The notes under the pieces were generated by a model. The model saw only the letters and a list, made by a program, of their open reading frames with translations. It did no database searches and had not been told where the DNA came from. From assembly GCF_009914755.1 (NCBI RefSeq), contig NC_060941.1: a stretch of 64,000 bases of DNA; one strand, 5' to 3'. Below, one piece after another: positions 1 to 26,780 of the stretch. A program made the translations under genes and the position numbers. Source of the DNA: the human T2T-CHM13v2.0 reference genome, Homo sapiens. Position 1 is the first letter of the stretch. Every line of letters begins with the position of its first letter.

Positions 1-399
1 TCATTCACTTATTCTGCAAACTCAGTGTCTATTATGAGCCTGGGCTGTTCCAGGGGCTGGGGATATCCCAGCAGATGAAAATGCCTGCTTTGCAGGGCTC
101 CAGTAGGGAGAGAAAGATACAGGTGACAAGTCAGGATGAGCAAGGAGGACACACCGGTGTATGTTCCAGAAACCATAAGGAGGCTGGAGCCAGGCACAGG
201 GAGCCCTGGGCCTTGGGAAGAGTATGGTCTGTGCAGGGGCCATGTAGTGGGAGGGGGCCCTGCAACATCAACCCAGGTGCCCTGGGGAGGTTGTGGTGGA
301 AACAGGCAGAGCACGGAGGGAACCAAGTTCCCCGGGCAGGAGATGCCAGGGGCTGCGGCCAGGGGTGGCAGTGGAAGGGCTGAGAAGTGGTCGGATTCT

Positions 400-987
400 G
401 GGTTAGGAAGAGAAAGCTGCCCTTTGCCCTCTGAAGCTTCGCCGAAAAATCAGCGGACAAAAGGCAGATTCATAGGAGAAAAGGCTCACAAAATTTACTG
501 TAACTGCATAGCACAGGACTCCCCAGACGTGATTACCCAGTAATCCAGAGGGGTCCAGAACCTGCCATGCCCTTCCTCATGGGAGAAGAGGTGGTGGGAA
601 ACCACCTCTTTGAGGCAAAGTCAATGATTTTTGGGGGGAAATGAAATGAATGGGCCCCTTGCTCAGACAATGGTTAGTGAATAATTCTCTTTGGGAATCA
701 AATAGGACCAAAGAACAGACAATGGTTTGGGAGGAAGTTGGTCTGGGCTCTAGGTGTGGTGGTTCATTTCAGCCTCTTCCTTTGTGATGTGAGTTTTAAT
801 CTTCTCCGGTTAATAACATTTCAGGGAAGGCAATTGTGTTCCTCTTGGCCAGTCTGGTTTCTAGGTAGTTAAGGAAAGTCCGAGAACAGCCTCATCCTGT
901 GCTTTGGGAAGACATGGGGCTGGAGGTAGGTCAGAGAGACCTTGGGGCCCCTTCTTGTCAAGGCGCCATATTTTCTGAGCCCCAACA
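400..987 (-). mobile_element. ERV1 MER4-group solo LTR (MER39/MER31/MER34-like)
   Basis: The minus strand starts TGTTGGGGCTCAGAAAATATGGCGCC and near its 3' end reads gccttttctcctatgaatctgccttttgtccgctgatttttcggcgaagcttcagagggcaaagg, typical of this LTR group. Confidence 0.7.
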
Positions 988-2030
988 GTGTATTTTGGGA
1001 ATGCTGTTATATTTCCATCTAATTTGCATTAAGGAAAAGCTATATGTGTTTTGGTGCCTGGGTACCTGTGTTGGGGAGGCTGGGAGTGGGGACAGAGTGG
1101 GGGAGGGCATCTTCTGGGTGCTCTGCAGACCCAGGGGTCTGTGGTGTTCTCCTTCAGGGCAACCCCCCAAAACCCACCACCCAAACTCAGCGAAACTACA
1201 AGGTGGGGCTGTGATGGGGCCTAGAGGTTTATGTAACAATCATGGGAACGGAGGTCCTCACCCGTGGAGGCCCCGCTAGGGGTTGAGCCTATTCCAGGGG
1301 TTCCCTGGAGTTCACCTCTCCTCACTGCCTCCTGTTCTTATTGGTTTTCTGGTGGGGGAGGAAGGGGCAAAGCCGCTCTTCTGTGAAGGTGGATGTTTTT
1401 TTTTGGCAGCAGCTGAAATCCATTTGCTACTAGGCCTAGGAGTAAGTGGGCGATCAAAACTGAATCGTGCAGTTTTTACTCCAAAACAAGCCCTGGCTCT
1501 TTAAGACTTGGGGCTGATTTTCACTCTCGGGTACCTGGGGCGAAGGTCGGGAAGCCAGGCCTTCTGTAAAGCTTTTAAGGACAGAAGGTGTAGCCTCCCA
1601 AGTTAGCACACTCTGGAGCCCCGAATGCAGTTGCCCTCTACAGACCTGGTCAGGGCCTCACCCTGCAGCCCAGGGGAAGGGACTGGGGGCTTTAAAGCTC
1701 TCGCAGGTCTCTGTTTGGCTGTGTGGCCCAGGACCAGCTCCTTCTACTCTCCTGCTGTGAATCAGCAGCACCACCCCCGACTTAGTAGCATAGTGTGAGG
1801 CTGACGTGCACGTGGGTGTGAATCCCGGTCAGCGCCACTCGTTGTGCCTTTGCGCTTCAATGGTCCCTGCCAAGGCTGTGGCAGCAGCTCCTGAGCTCCC
1901 CACCATACCTCGCCTAAAGCCTTAGGGACAAGTTCAGCCACCTGAGACCAAAAGCGCCCTGCCTGGCTAGCTCTAAGCCTCCAAATAACCCCTGGGATCC
2001 CAGCAGTTCTTCACTGTAAGAGTTTACTTG

Positions 2031-3376
<1,346 letters not shown>

Positions 3377-3402
3377 GTCCCACCCTCTTCCAAATTCACA
3401 TC

Positions 3403-3685
<283 letters not shown>

Positions 3686-3729
3686 CCTCCAAATTCACGT
3701 CTATAAGAACGATTTTCCTGCCCCAACCA

Positions 3730-4270
3730 TACATTTCTCACAGATAAAGGTGCATTTTTATCATTTCGTCTTTCCTGGGGCTGAAATGGCTTCTTCTTTT
3801 TGCATTTTATGGTTTTACAATTGTAGCAGTAAAACATTCTTGCCGGCAAGATGATTGAAAATTTAACTACAAAAGGCATCATTCATTTTATTTTTGTCTT
3901 CATTGGAGACATAAAATGGATTCGCAATCATCCCACCGCAGTGGTTGAGTATTGTGGGTTTTAGAGTTGCTCACATAGCACATTTATACTCACCAGTGTG
4001 AGGGCTCTTTGCAGCCGCCAATGGAGTGATCGTTTGTGTTTTGGAAGCAGCAGTAACATTTATTCCTAATAATCCTGCTGCAGTGGGTTCTTGGTATTTT
4101 ATAGTTGTTATTGCAGTAAAATTTATATCCTACAGAATTATGACAATATTCAGCTACTAATATGATTATTATTTGTGTGTGTGTGTTAAAACCACGGAAA
4201 TAAAATTTACTCCCAACAATACAGTGGCAATTTTATGTCCCTAAACCTGACCGTAAATAATAAACATAAC
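3730..4270. mobile_element. Probable old AT-rich DNA-transposon remnant (hAT-like)
   Basis: Abrupt AT-rich block in a GC-rich background; family not confidently identified. Confidence 0.35.
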
Positions 4271-4484
4271 TACAGAATGCCTGTAAACACATAAAACATC
4301 CTTCTCGGAAAAAGTGAACTCTCCATTGCTATCCTGATGAGACCAGCAGCTGGGGAGCCTGGTCTAGCAGTTAGGGCTCCTGGGCAGACTTCAAAAGGAT
4401 GAAGCAACTTCTTCACAGGACTCCTGGAGAGCAAGTTGCTTAACATTTCAGAGTCCAAGTCAGCCCGTCTCAGAGAACGTGGGC

Positions 4485-6890
<2,406 letters not shown>

Positions 6891-7176
6891 ACCAAGTGTC
6901 AGAGGTGACGTGGGCTGTCCAGGACACATGACTGGTGGGAACTACAGGGTCCCCGTCCTGGTCCTCACACCGCTGTTGGCCCTGGACAAGGTATGTCTTC
7001 TGAGTGCGACCAGAGGCCCAGAGAGCACGGGATTGGCTGCGGTTGCCAGTGCCTGGGGCAGTTCCCGCTAATGCCATCGTCCTGGGGATCCCCTTGAGTC
7101 CCCTGCTCCTGCTTCTTAGTTTGCTGCACCCCAGAGGGTGACTGGGACCCCCATGCCTGGGACACTGGTTGCATAG

Positions 7177-8069
<893 letters not shown>

Positions 8070-8089
8070 TCATGCGCTCATTCCTTCAC

Positions 8090-8142
8090 TCATTACTGCA
8101 GTCCTACTCTGTGTATTCATTATTGCAGTCCTACTGTGTGTG
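8090..8142. repeat. 27-bp tandem duplication
   Basis: tcattactgcagtcctactctgtgtat followed by tcattattgcagtcctactgtgtgtg. Confidence 0.8.
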
Positions 8143-8420
8143 CCTCACCTCTGCAGCCGGATCCTGCCCCAGCCCCAGGCATGAAGGCATGGAGCCCCTG
8201 CCTGTGCACGTCCTTCTTCCTGGGCTACCCTGCCTCTCCCCTTGTGCCTGACATTGAGGGCTGTGAGACCTCCTACTCGTCACCCCTCAGCCAGCTCTGT
8301 TTGGCCCCCCAAAAGCCTTGGGACCTCCTCGGGGTCCTAGACGTGGGACCGGCTCTGATTCTAGCCTCTGGGCTGGGCTGCTGCTGACAAGTGTTCAGCT
8401 CCTGCTGCTCAGATGAATGA

Positions 8421-8843
<423 letters not shown>

Positions 8844-8939
8844 TGAGTTAAGTCAGGCCTGAGTGAGCATCTACTCTTTCTGGGCCGCTAGAGGGAGACC
8901 TTCGCAGCCTCGTACTTGGCTCAAGACACCAGGCTAAGG

Positions 8940-9157
8940 GGTGTCAGTGTGTGTGAGTGTATGTGTGTGTGTGAGTATGTGTTTTGTGTGTGTGTGAGTG
9001 GCGTGTGTGTGTTGAGTGTGAGTGTGAGTGTGTGAATGAGTGTGTGTGTGTTTTGTGTGTGAGTGCGAGTGTGTTTGTGTGTTGAGTGTAAGTGTGAATG
9101 AGTGTGTGTTGTGTGTGTAAGTGCGAGTGTAAGTGTGTGTGAGAGAGAGTGTGTGTG
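8940..9157. repeat. Degenerate (TG)n/(TGAGTG)n microsatellite
   Basis: About 220 bp of gtgtgtgagtgt repeats. Confidence 0.95.
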
Positions 9158-9429
9158 TCCTACCTGGGCATGCACGGGTGGGTGTGGGCAGTGACCTGAG
9201 CCCTGCACATACTGCCAGGTGGCCCGGCTTGCCAAAGGTGGGGAAGGGTTATTTACCCAAAGTGGGAGAGACCTGCAGGCTGGGCGGCAGCGGCAGGAAG
9301 AACAGCGAGCGAGGCCACAGTGGCATCCATGGAAGATGTTATTTGGGGCCTTTTCCGTGCCTGCTACTGTTCTTCGCATCCTGCGTGTATCACGAGAAGC
9401 AATCCTATCAAAGGAGGACCTATGAATAC

Positions 9430-9505
9430 AATATCCACTTTACAGAGGAAGAAACTGAGGCTCAGAGAGGCTGAGTCACTTCCAGAGCTGAGATTTGAAC
9501 CCAGG
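9430..9505. mobile_element. MIR core carrying a TGAGTCA AP-1 site (9472-9478)
   Basis: ccactttacagaggaagaaactgaggctcagagagg...agatttgaacccagg. Confidence 0.8.
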
Positions 9506-9664
9506 GAGTGGGGGCTGGGGCCTGAGCTCCACAGCACAAAGGAGCCCTGCCTGCTGGGACAAGGAGCTGCCTTGTGGTATGGCCAGTGTGCCCAAGCCAG
9601 CCTTTGGAGCCCGCTGGGCTGGCTCTGGGTTCCAGCTCTGCCGCCTGCCTGCTGAGTGTCCTTG

Positions 9665-9674
9665 GGAAAGTCCC
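9665..9674 (-). promoter_or_regulatory. Canonical NF-kB site GGGACTTTCC
   Basis: GGAAAGTCCC on the + strand; motif match only. Confidence 0.45.
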
Positions 9675-9910
9675 TCCACCTCCCTGAGCCCCGCTTTCTC
9701 CTCTGTAAGATGGGACTAATGACACCTATTTCTCTGGTTGTTTAGAGGTTTAATGGTTCACTGTATGCAGAGGGAGGCAGACTTCAGGGCCTCCTCAGGA
9801 GCCTTGGCATGCGGCCACAGGGCCTTTGTATGTACTGTGTGTGCGCCTAAGATGCCCATTAGAAAGATAAGATGCCACCTCACTGCGGACTCCCCTTAAT
9901 CTCCCTGCTG

Positions 9911-10086
9911 CAGGGCCAGCTCCAGGGGTGTGTGACCTATGGAGGTGCACTGGTCCCCATGCTCAGAGCACGCTGTGCTGGGTTTAATGATCTCCGTCAC
10001 CATTTCGAAATTCTTAGTGATTTTTTAACAAGGAGCCCTGCATCTTCATTTTGCACTGGGCCCTGCCAGTGTCACAGCTGGGCCTG
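9911..10086. mobile_element. MER91A (hAT-Tip100) DNA transposon
   Basis: Ends cagggccagct...agctgggcctg; internal ggtttaatg..cgaaattctta..tcattttgcactgggccc matches MER91A. Confidence 0.85.
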
Positions 10087-10094
10087 CCCTGCAG

Positions 10095-10621
<527 letters not shown>

Positions 10622-11630
10622 TAAAATGGGACTGACAGTTGAAGACCTCCAAGCTTCCCAGTCATAGCAGTGGCCCCTCTCAGCCCACACCCAGTCCACT
10701 CTGGATTGCTAGTGGGGATCCCCCGAGACAGGGTTCTCCCCCAGGCTGGTCAGCCCCACATCTGTGAAGCTTTCTGGGCCTCTCCACACCCCCAGTTCTC
10801 TGAGGCAGGCGGGGTCTCCAGGGCAAACTCGTGTGAGCCTCACCTGTGTGTTGCACCGTTCTGTCTGCAAACAGAAACCCTCACGCTGCCGAGCCGATGC
10901 CTCTGTCCCCAGCACCTCCTTGGGGACGGTGGACTCCATGGTCAAAGGGCCAACTCAGGGGAGCCACAGTATCTGTGCTTCAGGCAGCCCGAGTTGAGGA
11001 CGTGTGGCATTCTGCTGGCATCGTTCATGCCTCACTCTTGGCTCTGGGGCTGGGCACTTGCTTTCTGGCCCAGCCTGCCGCCAGGGTGAATGGCCTCTGG
11101 GGCAGATGGCGTTCTGGGAACAGGTAATGTCCTGGCCAGCGGGCAGGCCGGAGCTGGAGCCTGGGTGGAGGGCTCCCCAAGGACCACCCTGGGTCCCACT
11201 CGGCTTTCCCTGCGTGGGGGCGACACTGTTGCCAGTTACAGACCGCCCAAGAGTGCCCCGAGATCTAAGCATAGGACACAACAGGGGCTGGTCTCATCCA
11301 CCTCGGATCCACCCACCTGCAGCCCAGTCCGGCTGTGTCCCTCAGGTCACACTCACTGTGTTTTGAGAACTCTCCTCTGGGCCTACAAAGTTTGCCAAGG
11401 CGAATGTCAAAGGGATATGGGGGCAACAGCTCCCAAGATCAGCCCTAATCCACCCTCCTCATCTGCCCTCTCCATGGGGCCTCACTCCATGTCTCCAACA
11501 TCTCAGGTTGGTGTCCAAGCCACGGCCTCACATGGACTCACCTCCTGCTTCAGTCTCTGTTTCTGACCAGGCTTCTTGCTCCCAGGGAGGAGCGAGCTTG
11601 GACCGCTGCTCTCAGAAGGGACCCTCCTAG

Positions 11631-12952
<1,322 letters not shown>

Positions 12953-14110
12953 AGTAGTTCCCTTTCTGTTGCATTGGGACCTAGAGGCACATGGCCTGGG
13001 CCTGCCCAAGGGTGTCTTGTGACCATGAGGGAGAGTCTGCAGAGGACAGGGCCCCTCCCCGTGCAGGAGGGCCTGGCTAGTTGAGTGAGTCTCTGATGAG
13101 GCAGTGCCTCCGAAGGTCAGTCATGCTCAAACTCAGTGTGCCCCAAGTCCTGACCCCTGGTATTCTGGGCTATCACTGCCCAGGAAAACAGCACTCCAAA
13201 CCCTGGCCTTCAGGCCTGTTCCTTTATGCTTATCGCTGGAATCCCTGGTCCAGAGGGTCTTCAAATCCACACAAGCCCCTCCTGCTTGGCCCTAACCCGA
13301 TGGGTTAAGCGTTTCAAGGGAGGGCTTGAGAGGTCCCCAGGACATGCCTGGAGGGCCAATAAATGACCGTGAACGGTGGTGAGTGAGGCAGGTGGAGAGT
13401 GTGACCATGAAGAGCAGGGCAGACTCCCCAGAGTACTGTAGGGAGGCAGCTGCAGTCTGGATGAAGAGTACACGCCAAGGCCAATTGTGGTTGCTGGTGG
13501 GATGCAGCTGGGAAAGGGAGAGTGAGGACCCCAGACCCTGGCGGCTGCAATGCCTGGGGGCATGTGACATGGTGGTGAAGGGGGAATTGTGTGTTGATCC
13601 TACCCTGGCCGCAAGTCCAGGCTCACAGGCCATGGCCACTGACCACAGGAAGAGGCCTCCCTCCTTAAAGTCGGGAGAATATCCCAGAACTAAGGCTAGT
13701 CCTGCATCCTGGCCGGGAATCCCAGGCCAACACCCTCCCCGCGATCTTAGGTGCTTAGCAGCCCTGGCTGGTGACCCCTGGGCGGAGAGAGTACGGTAAT
13801 TTGCAAGAAATCCAAGAAAGCCCTGGTGAGTGGTTGCTTTTCCTATGTTGCAACCATCCGCGAAGTGAATGCTGCTCTGTGTCTCTATTGTTGTTTTGAT
13901 GGTGTTCGAGATGATGAGGAGAACCTGAGTCACAGCCTTTACGAGTCTGATTTCCTCAATTTACAGGAGCTGCCTACGCGTTCTGGAAGAATTCACATGC
14001 TGATTTGTAGGCGGCCTGGCCAGGTGCTTCGGAGACTCCAGCAGCATCGAAGGTGTGATTTTAGATCTGTACTCCCGAGGCTCTTGTGTTATTTAAGAAG
14101 GTCAGTGTGA

Positions 14111-14496
<386 letters not shown>

Positions 14497-14612
14497 TCAT
14501 ATTAAAATTAGATTTATAAAGAGAATGCTAAAACTTGTTGGATTTTGGAATGCAAGGTCTAAGTAAAGGTAGGTTTTAATATTGACAACTTTTACACTTG
14601 ATATATTGACTC

Positions 14613-15599
<987 letters not shown>

Positions 15600-15776
15600 T
15601 GAGTCGAGTCTTGATGTCTCAATCACACTGCCCCAAATCCATACACTTGTTTATTCATTCAGCAAACAATAAAGCACCTGGACACTCCAGGTTCCATGCC
15701 AGGAGCTGGAGTTCACAGGAGAGCACAGGCCTCGGCCCTGGGGCTGAGTCTTGCCGCCTTCTTCATGGCTTGTGAC

Positions 15777-16442
<666 letters not shown>

Positions 16443-16761
16443 CCCTGGCCCTCACTCAGCCTCTCCTCAGCCTGCCACTCCTGATGGGGACCTACTCTGG
16501 CTCTGTCCTCCCCACCCAAACACAGCACCCCCACAAGCAGTGGGGAGAGGTCCCCAGTGGAGCAGGAGTCCTCCTGGACTTTGTACCTGGGGCCACCCCA
16601 GCAGTTACCGCTTTAAAAAGACCACAACAAATGCTAAGCTTTGGTGTTCTTTATAGAATTCTTTTTAAAAAACAAAAAAATGATCATCATGTTTTGTTTG
16701 TTTTCCATTTAGAAGAGAAACACTTTCTCATTATTTTAAAAATAGAAACATTACAGAATAG

Positions 16762-17955
<1,194 letters not shown>

Positions 17956-18479
17956 GTGTTGTGCAGGAACAAAAAGATTAAGCCAAGCAGATTTGAGCCT
18001 CCTCAAGAAGGCCCTTCCTGACCCACCCTCCAGCACACCTGTCTGGTGGGAGACTGAGGCACAAGAGCAGGCATCTGCGTGGGACCATCACTGTCTTCGG
18101 AGTTGAACTAAAAATAGTGGAGCGTGGCCAGTCTACACGGACACCAGCCATCCTCTTGTTTCGTGTTTGCTAAATGCTGTGCTCAGCACTTTTCTGCATT
18201 ATTTTATTTTATTTTCCCAAGAACTCTGCGTGGGCAGCCACTCTTCTTATCCCCCGTTTCAAGAACTTACTCACGGAGGACCTGCTCAAGGGGGACTTGC
18301 ACGCAGCTCAGTGGGGGCAGAGCTGGGACTCGGAGCAGGGCCCACCTACCTCCTGGTCCGTGCTCTTACCCTGCAGGCTGAGCTGCTGCAGTGTGGCTCG
18401 TCCAGCAGGGCCTCATGCTTTCGGGTGATGCCTAACAGCCATTCCCCCTCCTCCTCATTAACAGAGCTCCAGCCCCACG

Positions 18480-18720
18480 GGATGAATAGAGATGGGCCTA
18501 AGCTGGTCCTACCAACCCCCTGCTCTTTTGCCAGTGATTGATCTAGAGTGCCTATGTCACCCTCACCCAGGTCTGCCAGTGAAATGTAGCGGGGGGGATT
18601 TCTGGAGGGCATTTGCTCTTGCTCACTGCACTGTTACGTGAGGGGGTGATGCTTGGAGCTGTGGCAGCTCCTTTGTGCCCATGAGAAGCAGTAGCCCTAA
18701 TACTAGGGTGAGCAGAAATC
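18480..18720. mobile_element. Old ERVL LTR remnant (LTR16/LTR33-like)
   Basis: ttgccagtgattg...atgtcaccc...gtgatgcttggagctgtggcagc motifs. Confidence 0.55.
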
Positions 18721-18858
18721 CGTTTGACTTCCTTCAATACAGGACTTTCAGCACCAAAACTGGGAAAGTACTAAGCAAATCAGTATGATTGGTCACCTTA
18801 AATTGATGACACAGGAAGATAGAAACTTGGGCCCTTGTCAAGATGCTAACCTCTGGAC

Positions 18859-19494
<636 letters not shown>

Positions 19495-21559
19495 CACAAT
19501 GACTGTCTTTATGGTTGAACTCTTCGTTTCTTGCGGCTGAAATCACAGGGGTGAGACTTGCTGGCCTCCCATGCCCTGTCACCCCTTGCGTTTATGCTGT
19601 TCCAGTCCCGGAGCCCCTGGCCCCCAGGTCTGCCATGGATACTGTGTCCATCCAGCCAGGCGCCTCCCTAAGGCCACCTCCTCCTCAGGGGCTTCCCAGG
19701 TGTCCCAGCAGCCAGGGGCAGGCGTGCCCCGGGGTTACTCCTTTTTTCTGACGTGTCTCATGCCCTGCCTTTGTCATGGGTTGCTGGGCAATCACTGCTT
19801 CTCTTCTCGCCTGTCCCCTCCACCTTCCTGTTCCCCCACAAACTGTGAGCCCATAGGGAGCAGAGAGTACGGCTTCCTGTATCTTTCCCTCATCCCAGCC
19901 TCATGGATCACATGGAGAGCAGGCCACAGACTCAGTTTAACCAGTCTGCTACATGTCTTCTCTGGGCCAGGAAACGAGGTCAGGCCTCCTCATTCCTTCC
20001 TGGGCCGGCGGGCTCCCTTCACCTCATCCTGTTCCTGGGTTATTCGCTTCTGACGCGAGGCCCTAGGGCCACCCCAGCTCCACATCGGCCTGTCTTCTCT
20101 GCGCCCTGTGGCTGACTCAGCCCCGAATCACCTCTTCCACCCCAGGTCCTCTTCCCGGGAGAAGCTCCACCATGGGTGCCATTTCTCCTTGTCCCAGGCT
20201 TTTCTTGCCTCTGGGGACTCCAAGCCCTTCTCCGGGGGATTTCACCCAGCTGCTGTATATGACTCTCTGTCCCCTCTCTGGGCCTTAGTCTTCTCCTCTG
20301 GTAAAAAAGGATTCACCTTGATGCTATCTAAGTCCCTCGAATGAGACTCTGGGGACAGGAAGTATTTCAGTCGATGTCGTCATGTTGCCAGCTTCACGGG
20401 GACCAACCAATGGGCAGGGGAAGGAAGGAGGGCCACGCCAGTGTGTCTCTTGTCCTGGCTAGGCATAGGGTCCCAAGCCAGAGTTGGGGACAAGCTGACC
20501 AAGCAAACCTCTTGGGGTGGCTGCTCCTTTCCCAGGGAATCCATGCGAGAGGGTGGCCAGGGTCTGCAGGCAATGCCACCGGGCCACTGTGGATGGGAGC
20601 CAGTGGACTTCCAGGAAGGGAAGCTAAAGATACCCTCTTCCCGGCATAGCCCAGAAAGGACCGGGATCTAGTTCCCTGTCCTGTTGTCTCTGGGGGCAGG
20701 GGTGGTGACCCTGAGGGCCCTGGAGCAGCTATGTGGGGCTGGGCACTTCTGGGGGCTGGAGTCTGGGACCGGGCATCTATTGGCCGAGACTCTGGACCGG
20801 TGGGCGAGGGCAGGGCAGGGTGGGTGAATTACTGGAAGCCCCACTGGCTCTGTCTCTCTGCCAAGCTGCCCACTGCATTCTTTGGCCTCCTATTTCCAGG
20901 CAGTGTCTGGGATGGGTCCCAGGCCTGGCCTGCCCTGCGCCGGGGAGTCCGTGTTTGGAGTCAACTGAGCTACTGCTTAGGGCGGCAGCTGAGGTGGGTG
21001 GGTGCAGCTTGGACATGATGCTATCAGGGACGCTGGGTACCTGGAACAAGGACCGCCTCTCCCTAGTGCCATCCGGGGAGCTCAGGTGACCTGGGAGGGA
21101 AGGGACATGTGTGAGTGCCTGTGTGTGCGCAAGCGTTCATTGTGGGGGGTGTGCACGTGCGTGTGCACACGCTAGCATAGGTGGCTGCGTTGAGACGAGG
21201 GGTCACAGGCCCGCATGTGCCCGAGTGTCCTAGGATGTGTGGGTGAGTGCAAACCTTGGGCAGGCCCTGTCTTCTCTAGACATCCCCGTCTGGTGGGGTG
21301 GCCAGAGGGGTGGCATGGGCAGTTTGGGTCTGGATCCCTAACCCACAACCTGCCCCAGGGCAGCTGCCCAGAGTGCTTATGCCAGAACATCTCCAAGGCC
21401 GCCAGACGTTGGGATCGCATGTGCCACTGCATTGGCTGTCCCCACCCCCATCCCCACGCCTCTGCCCAGGGACTGTAGGGTCGGCGAGAAGCAAAGGCGT
21501 GCCCCCATGCACTCTGGTGGCTGCACCATGGACACTGAGGTTGATGCCTGGGGTTTTCT

Positions 21560-23146
<1,587 letters not shown>

Positions 23147-24739
23147 ACGGTTCTGGTGTTTAAGTGAGGTCAGGCATCCTCTGGGAGGTCAGCCGTCGTA
23201 TTGGGTTCCAGGCCCGTGACTACTCACGGGAGGAGTGAGCTGGGCCACTGACTCCGTCTCTCACAAGCCTGGAACTGGGGAGCAGGAGAATCCCTCACCT
23301 CGTGGGGCTGTGGTGGGGACACTTGTGTGGGATGCAGCCAGCTCAGGATAGGGGCAGCGAGGACCAGGCACGAGTGGGAGGAGCGGGGCCCTCAGGGCTC
23401 TGTAGGGTTCTTGACTTTTTCTCGCTTCTGTGGCCTCCTCCTATCTCCTTCCCTAGGGCCCCACCTGGCCTTCCGAATCCTCTCACGGGGCATATCAGAT
23501 CTACCCCAGCTGCCTGACCGGGAGAGCATCCTGTTCTTCCCCTCTGGAATTCCGGGTCCACAGCTGTCTTCCTACTCACATCTGGCCTCGGCATTCCCGC
23601 CAAGCCCTCCCCTTGAAGCACAAGGATGTTTTGTCCAGGATCCTGAGCCCAGGGCCTTCCAGGTGGCAGAGAGAGATCCGGATGTCCAGCCAGCTCTGGG
23701 GGTTCCCCCATCCTGCCAGTGTGGGGACCTCCTTGCTGTAGCCAGGTCAGGCCAGCCCTAGGGAGACAGCAGGATGGTTCCAGGAAGCCTGGGCCGCTCC
23801 CCAGATCAATGCAGGGACGGACAGCAGCCAGCAGGCTGGGCCACGGCATCAGAGCTGGGGTCAAGAGGTTTCTAGCCCTCTTGTGGCTCTCAGCCCCGGG
23901 TCCTGGCTGCTTCCTGCTGGGCAGTGACCTCCCCAGTCCATTTCCCTCCCTCCTTCCTCCCCTGGCCTGAGCTCAGCTCATGGAAGGAGGCCCTGTGTGC
24001 AGGAACCTTGATCTGCACCTCTGAAGGATGTCAGGGCAGCTTTTTCTCTGGGCCTGTATGACTCAACGCAGGATTTAGGGCAGGTGGCTCCACCGTGGAG
24101 CCTCAGTTTCCTCATCTGGATGATGTGGGTGGACAATACCCAGTGCAGGATCCGTCCAGGCTTACATGAGACAGCAATATAGAAGCCTAGCTGATCACGG
24201 CCCCCAACACACCTTAACCCCTTCCCACTCCCCAGCTCCCCATCTCTAGACCGAGGGAGCCAATTAGGCTCTCCCGCAGCAACAGGTGGTGAGATAGAAG
24301 CTTCGAGGTGGAGGTAAAGAGTGAGGACTGTGCAGCAATGAGGAGTGGCCCAGATGGGTCTCCCTCCCTTCCTGTGCCACTTCTGCAGGCCCCAGTGCCT
24401 GAGGGGTCCAGGGCCCTATTTGGAGAGCTCCATGGTGGAGGAGGCTGCTCCTCCTTCCTGTGGACCACTCCCTGTCCCAGGGGCTGCTGACCCTGCTTCA
24501 CTGCCTGGTGGTGGATGACGAGGTCATTATGAGATTAGCACACACTCCAACGCTGGGTGGAGAAACTAGGGTGGGAGCCGAGATCTTCTCCAGCTAGTTC
24601 ATGCCCTGAACAACATGAGAAGGAAGCTGGGGATGGTCTCACACTTTGAGCTTCTCCCACCTGTCAAGGTTCCCTGTCTTCCTTCCAGAGCCCTCTTCCA
24701 GCCCCTGCAGCCTCTGTCCCCACTGCCATCCCTTGTGTG

Positions 24740-25215
24740 GTGACCAGTCTCCAAGATGGCCCCCCAGATCCTTGCCTCTGGTATTCATGCCCTTGGGTAG
24801 CCCCTCCCACACCGAATCAGGCAGATTCACATGACTTCAGGTCTAGGGCATAAAGCATCGCCTCTTCCATCTGGTCTTTCAGCTCAGATACTCTGGGGGA
24901 AGCCAGTCACCATTCCACGAGGAAGTTCAACTACCCCACGGAGAAGCTCATGTAAAGAGGAACTGAGGCCACCAGCCAACAGCTGCATGAATGAGCCACC
25001 TTAGAAGCGATCCTCCAGCCCCAGTCAAGCCTTCAGATGACTGCAGCTCTGACCACCATCTCACTGCAGCCTCATTAGAGACCTCAGGCCAGAACCACCC
25101 AGCCAAACCACTCTTGAATTCCTGACCCACCAAAACTGTGAGAGGTAATAAATGATTATTGCTTTAAATGACCAGGTTTTGGGGTGAACTGTAATATAGC
25201 CAAAGTAACCAGAAT
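24740..25215 (+). mobile_element. MLT1 (F/G/H-type) MaLR LTR with intact AATAAA
   Basis: gaggaactgaggcc..ccagccccagtcaagccttcagatgactgcagc..gaattcctgacccac..aactgtgagaggtaataaatg. Confidence 0.88.
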
Positions 25216-25298
25216 ACCTTGGGAAATTGTACCCCGACTCATTGAGAAAGGCATCCCGGTGTGTCTCCTCTCTGAAAGCTCAGTCCTCTGCAGGCTGC

Positions 25299-26203
<905 letters not shown>

Positions 26204-26504
26204 GTTACTGATGGGGGTTTTCTTTGGCCAGAGCCTTGCTGGCTCTAAAGAGGGAGAGGGTCTCTGCCTCATGACTGGGTGCCCCATGACATGCATTTCC
26301 TGATCTCCATCCAGTTTTCTACAGCAGTGAGAGCTAAGAAGACTGGTTTCCCAACAATTAGGCTTTTTTCCCAGTTAAGATGGAATAGTCCCATTTGAAT
26401 CATGCACGTTTGTTGGTTAACATGATTCTAACCCAATTCCTACAAAATAATGACTCTGGTACCACAATTGAGCTTACTGTGTGCCAGACACCAAATTAGG
26501 TACT

Positions 26505-26780
26505 TAAAAAAAATTGAGATGCAATTCCATTACGTTGCCCTGGCTGGTCTTGAACTCCTGGGTTCAAGTGATTCTCCAGCCTCAGCCTCCCTAGTAGCTG
26601 GGATTACAGGTGAGCGCCACCATGCCCGGCCTAATTAGGGACTTTAATTCATTATCTTATTTAAGAATCACAACAGCCTTATGAGTAGGTATTATTATTT
26701 TCAGGGAATATTCCTTCTGAGGCACGGAACACACAAGTGAAGTGTCCAAGGTCAGCTAATAGCTGTCAGCCAGGGCTTTT
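26505..26780. mobile_element. Alu monomer (FLAM-like, -) inserted in a MIR
   Basis: Alu half flanked by ctaattaggg/caaattagg; MIR aatcacaacagccttatgagtaggtattatt. Confidence 0.7.

Noticed and set aside
8921-9379. His/Thr-rich 152-aa ORF (also 36168-36830)
   Set aside because: Translation of (CA)n-type microsatellites
13330-13580. p53/p63 half-sites (GGACATGCCT, GGGCATGTGA)
   Set aside because: No correctly spaced second half-site
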